Of a stretch of DNA of 64,000 nt, positions 1-12,356 are shown one piece after another. Position 1 is the first letter of the stretch, and every line of letters starts with the position of its first letter. The notes below the pieces were generated by a model. The model was not told the origin of the DNA, searched no databases, and saw nothing but the letters and a program-made list of their open reading frames with translations. The DNA comes from Octopus sinensis (lineage: Eukaryota): positions 10,850,001 to 10,914,000 of the forward strand of contig NC_043004.1 in NCBI RefSeq assembly GCF_006345805.1, in the 5' to 3' direction. The position numbers and the translations under genes are program-made.

Positions 1-392
1 TGTAACTAGTAAATGCATATTAATGGTTTGCCTTTTAAATATAGATTATGTAAGCTGTTTACAAGCAATAAACTAGGCCAACAAAAAGAAACTTAGAAGT
101 ACACCGGAAGAACTAGAAAGACATATCCATCAGCGCACCAGAAAGACCCTTGTCAACATCTCTTGATAAATTTGGAGAATTAAAAGTATATTTTTTTTAT
201 CAGTATAAGGAAACGGCATCACTCAACCCATATATCCAAGGAGAATTAAAATAATTTCGATGAAACTTAACCCTCACTAACACGGTCATACCAAAAGTGC
301 TAGAGGCGAGGTCAGAGTCTCGTGGGACATGCTATCCGCTTGATTCCCTAGATCAGTTCTCGCATATATCGCTATAATATGTATATGTATAT

Positions 393-458
<66 letters not shown>

Positions 459-466
459 ATATATAT

Positions 467-914
467 GCAGAGTGGCTTTGTGGTAAAAAGCTTGCTTACC
501 AACCACATGGTTCCGGATTCAGTCCCACTGCGTGGAATTTTTAAGCAAGTGTCTTCTACTAAAGCTTCGGGCCGACGAAAGCCTTGTAATTGAATTTGGT
601 AGACGGAAACTGAAAAGAAGCCCGTCGTATATATATAAAGGGTAAAGACCCCCTTCGGTCATGAATGACCATGGGATTGCACCTAGAAAGTTACCCTCCT
701 AGACACAAGTCCGGGCAAGGTTGTTTATGGAAGATCAGCAGTCGCCCATGCATACCAGCCTCCCCTCTCCACGCCACCAGTGTTATCCAAGGGAAAGACA
801 AAGGTCGATACAGCTTGGCACCAGTGACGTCGCAACTCATTTCTACAGCTGAGTGAACTGGAGCAACGTGAAATAAAGTGTCTTGCTCAAGAACACAACA
901 CGCAGCCCGGTCCG

Positions 915-947
<33 letters not shown>

Positions 948-948
948 A

Positions 949-991
<43 letters not shown>

Positions 992-1293
992 GTGTCTATG
1001 TTTGTCCCCCATACGACTGATGGTGGTGTGTTTAGTCCCCATAACTTAGCGGTTCGGCAAAACATACCGATGGATCCATGAGAATTTTCCTTGTCTGAGG
1101 CCCCTTATACATTAAACACATTGCATATCCTGTATATCACATACGATACACTGGATATCCATGCATGGTGTATGTTACACATTCGTATTTCTTTTTACAA
1201 AGAATAATCCTGGGGTCGGTTCGCTCGCCTAAAAGCGGTGCTTCAGCATGGTCGCAGTCAAATGACTGAAACAAGTAAAATAGAGTAAAAAGA

Positions 1294-1294
<1 letters not shown>
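467..1294 (+). mobile_element. tRNA-derived SINE family A (bipartite, internal microsatellite), interrupted by a nested SINE and ~120 bp of extra sequence
   Basis: Head AGTGGCTTTGTGGTAAAAAGCTTGCTTACCAACCACATGGTTCCGGATTCAGTCCC (A/B-box-like), CORE-like GCAAGTGTCTTCTAC segment, internal (TA)n/(TG)n, tail GGCGGTGCTTCAGCATGGTCGCAGTCAAATGACTGAAACAAGTAAAA; at least 8 related copies in the window. Confidence 0.85.
636..914 (-). mobile_element. 5'-truncated SINE (family D) nested in the internal (TA)n of SINE A
   Basis: Minus strand reads GTGTTGTGTTCTTGAGCAAGACACTTTATTTCAC...CAGTTCACTCAGCTGTAGAAATGAGT (SINE central-domain-like) and ends GGGGGTCTTTACCCTTTA; (TA)n on both sides. Confidence 0.65.
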
Positions 1295-1344
<50 letters not shown>

Positions 1345-1634
1345 ATACACACATATATATATATATATATATTATACACACACATATATATATATATAAT
1401 ATATATATATGTTTATGGAAGATCAGCAGTCGCCCATGCATACCAGCCTCCCCTCTCCACGCCACCAGTGTTATCCAAGGGAAGACAAAGTCGATACAGC
1501 TTGGCACCAGTGACGTCGCAACTCATTTCTACTCATTTCTACTCATTTGTTAATAAACAAAGCTGTACTATTTGAAAAAAGAAAATAACGGGCAGTATGG
1601 CTTGACGATAAGAAGGCATTCGACTCTATCTCAT

Positions 1635-1679
<45 letters not shown>

Positions 1680-1799
1680 CACACAAACGCGCCAAACGCA
1701 TACACACATGCATATATTTTCTTTTAATGGTACACGATGTTCTGTTCCATCGTTATCGCAAGTTTATCGTTTTGGTTCTTGATAGAAAAAGCGCAAATT

Positions 1800-4700
1800 C
1801 GGATATATGGTAGACTTATAAATATCGCTTCATTAGTACATCTACGAAATACTTTAGCTCCCGCCACCGCTAAATTCGAGTGTGTCTCCAAATTTCGCTG
1901 ACTCAGTAGCGAAGACTGCGGAATACATCAAAAACAATTTAGAATTACAATTCACCAAAATTATTTTTACTTTCTTGAAGCTTTCGTTGAGCAACAGACC
2001 ATTCCCAACACGAGTGAGAAAAAATCCGACCGAACTAATCTTTAAAGTTATCAACGATGTTGCTGGAGATCACATGGAATCATGTGATGGTAATTGCTGG
2101 AATATTAATACTCTTATATACACATCCGCTATTACTCTTAAAAAACACCTAGAAGAAATCTACAGTGAACAAAGTAACGAAAGTACTAAACGGAAACGAC
2201 CTTGATGGAAAATATAACTTGAAGCAAACATCAACAAGGCGCACAGCCATGTTGGATGGTTAACTACAACAATAAAATGCAAGGAGAAAAATGAGTTTTT
2301 ACCTCATCAACTCTATCTTAGACAATATTAATGAAACTTTATGGAAACTCTTCACATCGAGCTCTTGAGGGAAAGCTAATCACTTTAAAACATGAGCTCA
2401 GGACGATGAGTGAGACACTCCGCAATCGCATGCGAATTTTTGAGCGAGCTAAAATCTATCGCAAGTTTGCTTCCAACCAACAAACATTATACAGAGAGGT
2501 GAGGAAGGGAAATATTACCATTAAGAAAGCTCCATCCCAAGAAGATCTACAATCGTTCTGGTCAAAAATTTGGAGCGAAAATAGGGATTTCAACCTGAAT
2601 GCATCATGGTTAAATACAACTGAGAGGGAATACTGTAACAACACTAACAGTAAAACATACAAAATTGATGCAGAAACCTTCGCTATAGCAGCAGGCAAAC
2701 TGCAGAATGCGGAAGGCACCTGGACGGGATCTAATAGTTAGATATTGGTACAAGAAGCTGACATCTTATAGAAACCAATTGATATTTATGTTCAAAAGGA
2801 CTATGGCAGATCAGACTGATATACCAAATTGGCTTGCTACAGCAAGGACAAATCTTATTGCCAAAAATGAAATCACCGAGAAGGCAGGAAATTACAGGTT
2901 CATTGCTCACCTAAACATCATTTACAAACTGTACACAAGCTACCCCAAACAATTCCTCCAGGACCATTGTGAATCGAACAACTTATGATTGATGAACAGG
3001 CTGGTGGAAAGAAGGGAATGTGGGGATGTGCCGAAGAACTGTTAATAAACAAAGCTGTACTATTTGAAAAAAGAAAATAACGGAGAAACCATGTGGCAGT
3101 ATGGCTTGACGATAAGAAGGCATTCGACTCTATCTCATTCATGGCTGTTGAATTGCCTTCATCTGACAAAGATACCTACTCACTCAATTGCTGCTATAGA
3201 GACTCACAAAGGCATGGACAACTATTCTTACCCTTACAACTGAGAACATAATAATTGTTTCTAATAGTATAGTCATTACAAAGGGAATATTCCAGGGGGG
3301 TAGTCTTTCTGTAATTCTTTCCATTTTGGCACTGAATCCATTATCGTTTCTACTGCAGGAAACAAATGGTTATATGCTAGGAGATCCAACTGCTAGAAAT
3401 ATCAATGTAATTTATAACTTCTTTGTAGACGACCTGAAGTTTTATGTTAAAACAATGCCAAGAAAATAACTGGGAAGAATGGAAATTGGTCAAAAGAAAT
3501 GTTCGTATTGGTTAAAAAACGAGGAAAGGCAATCCCTCAAACCCAAAACCTGTGTATCAACAGTCTCTCTATCTCCCCCATTTCACACAAAGAATGTTAC
3601 AAGTACCTTGGCATAGACGAAAATGTATCATATGAAGGCGCTGTGAATAATGATAGGTTGACCCGAGAATATTACACCAGTCGTAGGAAAATATGGCTGT
3701 CAGAACTCTCTTACAATAAAACAATATCCTACAATGCATTTTCAGTACCAGTGCTGATCCCAACATTTGGGATACTTGATTGATATGAAGAGAACATCAA
3801 AACCTAAGAATAAATGTAGGTGGTAGAGGCCACCTACAGAGATCAGTGCAGACGGCCTTCAAATGCCGTATGGCATCACTAAGGCAGCAACTGCTAAACA
3901 ACAGCAGCAAAATTAAATATATAAATTCAGTACTGAAAAGTGTGCAACATTGTATGGGTTGGCAGTGAACTACTTAAACATTCTCATCTTGATGATCTCC
4001 TATACAGACCCAAAACAGCTGGGCTCTCTTACCTCAGAGAAGACTTGGATGGAAAGCACTGAGCATTCAAAAAAAAAAAAAAATAATAATAAAGACCATG
4101 CTTGGGCATGTTGCCTGGAAGCTTGAAGAAGACAGTAGAATTGACATGAAGCGTTGTCTCAATTGGACACAAGACCACTACATCATATCACACTTTGAAG
4201 GCTATGCGTTTGCAATCATCAAGGAACAGGAAATTACTGCAAAGTACTTGGTGAACAAGACAATGACACTCTTGTAATCCCAAAGTGCAACTGGCATGCG
4301 TAGGCTATGTCATGTTTCTGTTGAAGGCATTACACATGTGATTAGCATCTGTCCTAAAATGTCACGGTATTACCTCCGTATGCAACACGATGTTGTTGCT
4401 AAAACAATTTACAATGTCATCCGCAAAAAAGACTGTCCTGAAATAAACTCATAAAATCCCTCTGTTATGGAATACATTGATAAACGCCAACTCAAGGAAT
4501 ACTGGTGGAATATTCCCAGCAAAACATCTGTCAAATGTAAGCATAATTATCCAGATATTGTTGTTTGGGCCAGTGGGGACAAGGTATGTAGCATCATAGA
4601 GGTTAGCTGCCCTGCAGATATAAATATCTCTTTGAATATAAAAGAAAAAGAGAATGTCTGTGGACATTAGCTTCTAAACCTCTAGCGTCTATATTCAGAC

Positions 4701-5172
4701 TATGAATTCATATTCATACCAAATGATAATGGGAACACTAGGTTTTGTTAGTGAATGCTTAAAGGAGAATCTGGATAAACTGGGATTTTCAGAAAGAGAA
4801 ACTGACCGGCTGGTTCGTACATTACAAATGCAATCTGTGAGTGGAACAATAAAAATATGCAAGACTTTTAGTAGGTTCCAAAAGTGAATCTGTCTGTGTT
4901 AACTATACCCCAAAGATGGAGCCTTGTATCTTTCTTGGAAACCGGCTCCCTCCTCAGTAGAAAATTTATAATAATTAAGGAATAGAAGAGACATACATAA
5001 AGCACATGCACTAACTCCAAATACTGTACGTATAGACGTACATGCACAAGTAAGCTGTTGATGCTGTTGGAATTCCAATGAAGGAGCATTGGATCTAGGA
5101 TAGAAACTGGCTCTTTCTTTATTGGTAAGAAATCTTGAAATTAAACTGAAGAATGGCATACATACATACATG
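1800..5172 (+). mobile_element. Near full-length, frameshifted Dong/R4-clade non-LTR retrotransposon (RT + CCHC + restriction-like endonuclease)
   Basis: RT motifs NYRFIAHLNIIYKLYTS (~2890), LDDKKAFD (~3105), GIFQG (~3284), FVDDLK (~3422), YKYLG (~3598); knuckle RLCHVSVEGITHVISICPKM (~4300); REL motif HNYPDIVVW...IIEVSCP (~4545-4610); stop 4885-4887; 3' UTR ends in (CATA)n. Confidence 0.9.
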
Positions 5173-5179
5173 AAAATAC

Positions 5180-5385
5180 TTACGGACAAACTTTACGATA
5201 TTGAGACCGATAGGCCAAAAGGATATTGGTGGAACCTTAAAATTAAAACTACCACCAAGTTATAACTCAACCGGCTGAATATCGTTTTGTGAGACCACAA
5301 AGAAAAAATATGTTCTTTTGTAGAAATCAGATCCCCTCTGGATATTATTGTGATTACAAAAATAATAGCCGTGCAGAACTACATG
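5180..5385 (+). mobile_element. Second, divergent Dong/R4 fragment (REL domain) directly after the (CATA) tail of the first
   Basis: Translates GYWWNLKIKTTTKL*LNRLNIVL*DHKEKICSFVEIRSPLD, parallel to EYWWNIPSKTSVKCKHNYPDIVVWASGDKVCSIIEVSCPAD in copy 1. Confidence 0.7.
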
Positions 5386-5849
5386 AAAACCATTACTGCA
5401 TTCCAGCAGCAAAAACATGAAATCTCAATCGAATATGCTTCTCTTTTTTAAATAACATTTCAGCCTTTAATTAGCAATAAAGGCCGAGTAACTCTCTGCG
5501 TTCCGAAATATTCTATGATTTTCTAAACGAATTAAATTGAACAAAATCAGATGTTTTCGTTTGCATAAAATTGCCCGTTTTTAAAACACTAGAAAGGAAT
5601 ATTTTTATACATCTTCCCATAACTTTTAAAACTATTTCACTAGATTAATTATATTCATAGAAATTCTCATTAGGCTACATCTTGTTAAGCAGATTCATCT
5701 TCTGACATCAAAATGCTAAATCAAGGGAAAGCAGATTTTCTATAAATAGGAGAACTAGCGAAAAATGTCGCTTTTGTGAAATAAAATACCTTGAAATGCA
5801 TCACGATGTCATATCAAACATCCGGACGCATATAGCATTAGATTTTGAG

Positions 5850-6828
5850 ACATGTATATATTTTTGCATGTATGTATGTATGTATGTATGTATGTATGTA
5901 TGTATGTATGTATGTATGTATGTATGCATGCATGCATGCATGTATGTATGTATGTATGGATGGATGGATGGATGGATGGATGGATGTAATTATTCAGTTT
6001 TATTTCAAGATTTCTTGCACATAGAGAAAGAGCCGGTTTCTAGCCTAGATCCAAGGGTCCTTCATTGGAATTTCAACATCAGCAACAGGGTATTTTTGTT
6101 TGTATGTATGAATGTATACACGCATGCATATGTGCAGATTTGTATGCTTGGTTTATATATATTCTCATGTATATAGTTGCATATGTAGACATGCTCATAT
6201 ACAGTTCAGCGATAAACTTCTGGAAAGTTTTACAGATTTTTAGCTTTCTCCTTTCTGCTTTTGAGAAGCCTATCTTCTCAAGATTTGTATTTAGGCTGTG
6301 TGTTATATATCCCAGGGCTCCTATACTTACAGGTATAAACCTGAACTTGTAATCTGGATAGAGTAATTGAAAATTTCTCAGTAGTTCAGCGTACGTATTC
6401 TCTTTTTCACTGATCTTCAGCTTTACGTTAACATTCTAAATCATTATATCAGGTCTGTTGTGCTTACATTTTATTGAGGTTTTCACTACTCCGTTTTTTT
6501 CTGTTATGAGTGCCTATGGCTTCCACCATATCGTAGGTTCTTATTTCTTTATCGTCGGGGTTATCCTTCCGATGGATTTCATTATAGAGTGTCCTAGCTT
6601 CGACATTATGTCACATCGGTAGATAATACCGTGACATTTTCGGACAACTGCTTACAATGTGGGTGATATCTTCGTTGTGAACGCCACAAAGACTGCATCA
6701 ATTGTCACATTTTACTGGTTTTCCTGCCTCTCAATCCCATTTGTGCATCAGGTATTTGGTTGATATTTTCTGTTCTTGGATTTGAAACGCATACTCTTCA
6801 GAGAGGTAGTAATCCGGCCATAGGTTCA
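5850..6828 (-). mobile_element. 5'-truncated Dong/R4 copy with (TCCA)n/(TACA)n tail
   Basis: Minus strand: degenerate knuckle SLCGVHNEDITHIVSSCPKMS, KISEKENTYAELLRNFQLLYPDYKFRFIPVSIGALG, KICKTFQKF; 3' UTR module TTCCAATGAAGGACCCTTGGATCTAGGCTAGAAACCGGCTCTTTCT. Confidence 0.85.
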
Positions 6829-7355
6829 TACTATATATGTATAGTATAGCATGGAGCAAGCAAATGGGTTTATAATAACCCGCAGATACATAAAATACAA
6901 CTGACCCACAGAAACGCTGAAATCAAACCGTGTATACAAAGGCATGGGCTACAGACACATATTTCAATAGAGTAGGGGAGATATACATCAAACTGTTCCT
7001 ACTAAAGCTCTGGCGCACACACATTCACAAACGCACATATGCCCATGTTATAATAGAAACAAGGAAATACATATGCACATTATATTGTTGAAAGTAAAAT
7101 ACAGACACAGGAGTGCACGTTTTAATAGAGCTACAAATATCGAACTGCGTTAAGCAATGTACACTTTCAGAAATTACATGAGTACCTACGAGTGACAACT
7201 CACGTCTCCAACACGGACACGCACGACTATAGTAAACGACAGTATAATTTCATTCTTTTTTAGACAATCAAGCTATGAAGGCTGAATAATAGAACTTAGC
7301 TCACGTTACCTGAAAAACCATGTCATGGCAAAACTAAGATCGAAAACAACATCTG

Positions 7356-7395
<40 letters not shown>

Positions 7396-7506
7396 CCTAC
7401 ACATATACATATATACACACATACATATATACGCATATACATATATGCACATATACACATATACACATATACACATATAGACAGACACAAACACACCGCA
7501 CACATA

Positions 7507-7550
<44 letters not shown>

Positions 7551-7825
7551 CGTATGCACACAAACACACACACATTCACACACACATATATATGAGAGTG
7601 AGGGGATAAATGGAAAAAAAGGTCTTTCAACACATCTGATAGGAATTACATGTTATTTAAAACAGTTAGATTCGGCCACACGACTTAAAGTTTCGCAGGC
7701 TTCTTACAGTAACCTAGCTCGTTGAGGCTCAGATTACGGGTAGTCTGAGACTGAACGAGCTACGATTCTGCAGGAAGCCCGCGAAGCTTGCGTCACATGG
7801 AGCCGAATCAATCGGTTTTATATAT

Positions 7826-8700
7826 ATCTGCGAAGGGTACCCAAAAGAACCCGGAATTTTGCAATGTAATTTTATTCACTTAGTTTTATATGCTTACACT
7901 TTTACCGCCTTCAAAGTATTATTCATTCGAAGCTATGCTTCGGTCCAGTTGCGTTTTCCACTGTTCGGAGCAGAGTTGGAAATCCTGCGAATTGATGCCT
8001 TTTAAAGCCCCCGTCGTTTTACTCCCCCTCTCGCACACATCTAATTTCTTAGAACCAGCTTGAAAAAAGGGCCTGTATCAACTTCCAGTTGTTCTTTCAG
8101 TTCACGACACGCATTCAGTCGTGCCTGTTTTTGGTCTTCCGTGAGCAAGCGAATTTTGTTGCAACTCTTTTCACTTGCAATTCCTTGCACAAATTTCGTT
8201 GGCAGGAGCTTCAGGACACACCAGTCATATCAACAAGTTCGTCAATTGTTCGATGGCAGTCCTGTAAGGTCATTTCACAGATTTCCATGATTTTTCATAC
8301 GTTTGGGATGTCGACGTTTGCCCTGAACGAGGTCGATCCTCAAGCGACAGGTAACCATTCCTAAAGCGTGAAACAACTTGTAAACATGTTTTGCTCATGG
8401 CAGCGATCTTGTCAGCATTTCGATTCACAACTGTCTCGGTCGCCGTTTTCCGCGGCAGAAAACAAAATTTCAAGGAAGCGCTCTGCTTCTTTGTTTCAGC
8501 CATCGCCAAAATCGACGAACAGGAGAATAGAACAGAAAAATAAAAATTCACCAATGGCAGTATGACCACACCGAACAACGCCGGTCGGCAGATTAATACC
8601 CGACGGTCGCAGCAAGTGGCCTCTGGCGACGGAAACCTGAACTACGACGGGCTTGTCCCAAAGAGAATGTTTCCGGTTATTTCTGGATACCCACCTCGTA
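7826..8700 (-). mobile_element. Internally deleted mariner transposon
   Basis: Imperfect TIRs (CGAAGGGTACCCAAAAGAACCCGGAA and TTCCGGTTATTTCTGGATACCCACCTCG) in TA context; N-terminal HTH remnant LKFCFLPRKTATET...SRFRNGYLSLEDRPRSG (ORF 8270-8578); C-terminal remnant QWKTQLDRSIASNE*YFEG. Confidence 0.85.
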
Positions 8701-9949
8701 TATATGTATCTATGTATCTAGCTACTTATATATATATATATATATATGTATGTATTCATACACACACGCACACATACATATATACTTGCACACGCACACA
8801 TACATACATGTGTGGACGACTGTGCGTATGTATAGGATGATTTGCGCCATTAACGGGATTTTCTCTGTATAACACCATTTAGAAATGATTTATAGTATCT
8901 CCAAATTTATTTTCCATGCTCATAGAGACATTATCATAAACATTTAGACATACACACAGTCTAACATACGCACCTATGCATACATACATACATACATACA
9001 TACATACATACATACATACTTCGGCTCTCAGAAACATGGACCTTTCTATAGGTGTAGTTACTTGCATATGCTTTATCTATTTATGGCCTATCCCACACAT
9101 ACATCCTTCCCAGCAAACTGCCATCCATTTCACAAACATATAAGAGTCTAATATTTCCAACATCTCCATAGAGAATGGCAATATCGGACAATATAACGGT
9201 GAGTAAAAATAAAGATAGATTGATCGGCCAACCGACATACCGACAAACAGGACAAAATGACAGAATAGCAGATTGCAAAAATTACTTTAGATACGATTTC
9301 TGTGAAAATATAATTATTTACTGGTTTAATTGGCTATTCAGCGTCATTGGATCATGGCATATTAATCAACGGTAGTAGAACCCAATACAATATGATGATC
9401 ATCAACATATAGAAGTATATACAAGCGAATATACGTCCCTCCCATTTATCACCTTTCAATAATTTACTGATTCTATCACACTTTCTGGTCACCTTGATTA
9501 ATGATGTTTCACAGTCATTGAAAAGCCATCGTTCATCTGATAAATAATCACACTCATACCTAGCTACATACATACATGCATATATAGACACATACATACA
9601 CACACATACTTACATACATATTAACACACATGTGAGCGCACTTACGTACGTACATATTAGCACAAACATATAAACATACATATAAATATACTTGTATGAT
9701 ACACACATATATATTAGTATATAATTGTGTGTGTGTGTGTATATATGTATATATAGTGTATAAATGTGAATGTGTGTGGGGGAGAGAGAAAAAAAGAGGC
9801 AGAAAGATACAGAGACAGAGAGATGCACACATTCGTAAATATATGTTTGCGTGCATGCGCGTGTATATAAGAATCATATAGATATACGCACATATTTGCA
9901 CACCTATATGTACATACGTCCATATCTATAATCTCTATCCATTAATCTG

Positions 9950-10087
<138 letters not shown>

Positions 10088-10757
10088 ATGCATAATATTT
10101 GTGTGTATGTATGTATAGGTTTGTGTGCGTATGTGTGTATAGAAAGCCCCCCCCCGCCCCCGAATATATAAACAATACAAAGTATATTTGTTCGTTTATA
10201 TTCAATGGCCGACTCGTTCTTGCATTTCTGTCGGCCAGTATATTATATTAATGCTACTTCAGAATAGTATCAACATTTAATATATCACAATACTATATCT
10301 GCTATTACAATCACCTTTTATCTCCTTTATTTTCATTTAAAAGTTCAGTAATGCTGCCCTTTGCTCCATTAAGGCATTTCGATTCCCATTAGGGCCGTGT
10401 TTTAGACAGACAGATCGATCCTGCCAGCAGTGTTTATTACTTGCGCTATTTGCTTCATCAAACCAAGATGAGGTCGGCTAGGGTCAACGAATGGGCAATT
10501 AATTCGTTGATCCACAAATTAAAATGTTAGCAGTCATCGTAGTAATGAAATGCAAATTAGAACGGTTTATATAAACGGTAAACAGATCTCAAGAAGAATT
10601 ATAGCTTCAATGAAGAGAGATAAATATATGGCGAAGATATTGTGATCCATTCTGCTGCGTTAGTTTCTCTTATGTGCTGATGACTGCAAAGATGACAAAA
10701 TAAATGTTCGTCAAACTGTGCTGTTGACAGTAAGATTATGTACAAGATTACTGGTGG

Positions 10758-10910
10758 TTGTTTAAGAAGCTCGCTTCGAAAGTCCGTGATTTCGGTTCAG
10801 TTCCACCGTGTTTCACTCTGGGCAAGTGTCTCCTACTGCAGCTAAATACTTATCATTACTTTGGCAGTAAATTTGGTGTAGGAAAACTGTGTGAAGAAGG
10901 CGATCTTGTG
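10758..10910 (+). mobile_element. Diverged 5' half of SINE A
   Basis: AAGAAGCTCGCTTC...GGTTCAGTTCCACCG...CTGGGCAAGTGTCTCCTACT...AAATTTGGT...GAAAACTG resembles the SINE A head. Confidence 0.55.
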
Positions 10911-10984
10911 TGTGTTTGTATATATATATATATATATAAATATTTGTTGTGCAAGATTTTTTATGTGAAGTCGTGTGTTGAAAC

Positions 10985-11202
10985 ATATATTGTTATATTT
11001 CGGAATGGTCATTTTGCCAGTTTAGCCAATGAATAAAAACAAAGGACCACTGATGCGGTCACAGGAGTGTGACGAAAGAACTCTGGCCGAAATAAGATTA
11101 AGATTAATGTAAAAAATAAATAACAATGAAGCAAAATATCACCAAATATATAGTGCGTGTGTTTTTATTGGCTAAACTGGCAAAATGACGATTCCGAAAT
11201 AT

Positions 11203-11212
<10 letters not shown>
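10985..11212 (+). mobile_element. Penelope-type terminal-repeat fragment with fold-back arms and hammerhead-like core
   Basis: Inverted arms 10985-11041 / 11160-11212; hammerhead-like motif 11044-11088; opposite-strand copy at 49361-49497. Confidence 0.6.
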
Positions 11213-11244
<32 letters not shown>

Positions 11245-11639
11245 TTATTTATATGTATATGTACATTCACATACACACAAACACACTTCGATTTTGTATC
11301 TGGTTTGCAAATATCTGTTGAAATAAATTTTGTTCTGTCTAGGGAGAGTAATTATGCCAATATTATTAATACACGCACTGGTTATATTCACTCCTTTATT
11401 ATTAGTGAATTGGTTAAATATCCAACTTACAAACTGATTGTTTGTTAGGTTGGTTAACTAACTGATTGTTTATTAGTTTCTGTCTGGTCAGCTGAAAGCA
11501 GTTTTGGCACTAACTTGGCAGACAAGCGTCTCATACCAAAATCTTCAATGATAATGGTCTTAACTGAACTGTAACTAATCTGATAACTCCCGGATGGTGA
11601 TTCGATGATCTCCTCTCACAGTTGCACGCACAACAGTGA

Positions 11640-12004
11640 TATCTTACTCAGTTCTGCTGGTTTCTGGTTTCCCTGAACGTTCGTCACTATAGACATTTTT
11701 TCGGTCATCTTGGAAACGTCTGAACCAGTCGTACACTTGTGTGCGTCTCATATGCTCCTCTACATATGCTTTCTGTAACTTTGCATAGGGCTCTGAGCAG
11801 GTATCGCCATGACAACTTTCTCTGTCATGGACAATGCCGTGATCACACGCTACACACCTTTCTTCCAAGCACTGCTGTACACAGCGGAAGTGAGCTAGAA
11901 CCTTACAACTTAGTGCGCATGCAGAACAGAGGTTGTGGTCAATCTTTGCAAAGCAGTTTTACTCTGAGTGCTTTAGATTCGTTACTATGACATCAGAGCT
12001 CGTA
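11640..12004 (-). mobile_element. Mariner 5' fragment (TIR + HTH region)
   Basis: ORF 11644-11868: YAKLQKAYVEEHMRRTQVYDWFRRFQDDRKNVYSDERSGKPETSRT; TIR-like end TACGAGCTCTGATG (minus) near 12004. Confidence 0.8.
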
Positions 12005-12356
12005 TAACGTAGTGGAGTAGGGAATTAAAATCTGTTTGGTTCCTTATCAGAATCCCGATACAATTCAGATATCTGGTTAACCACGTAAAATGTTAGGAAG
12101 CATTCAGAAACGTATAAGATAAACAATTAAACTGTTCTTCATTTCGATAACGAAACTTGAGTTCGCTTCCTTTCGTTTAGCATACAGAGTGTATAATCAA
12201 GACGTCATACCGGACATAGGAAGTTCTCAGTTCTTCATTATGGTGTCTTGTAGATACGTTCGTACGTACATACATACATACATACATACATACATACATA
12301 CATACATACATACACATACATACATATATACATACATATATATATATATATATGGA

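Noticed and set aside
10550-10557. ATGCAAAT octamer in a repeat-free island (another at 49756-49763)
   Set aside because: An 8-mer this AT-rich is expected by chance in 64 kb; no other support for a regulatory call.
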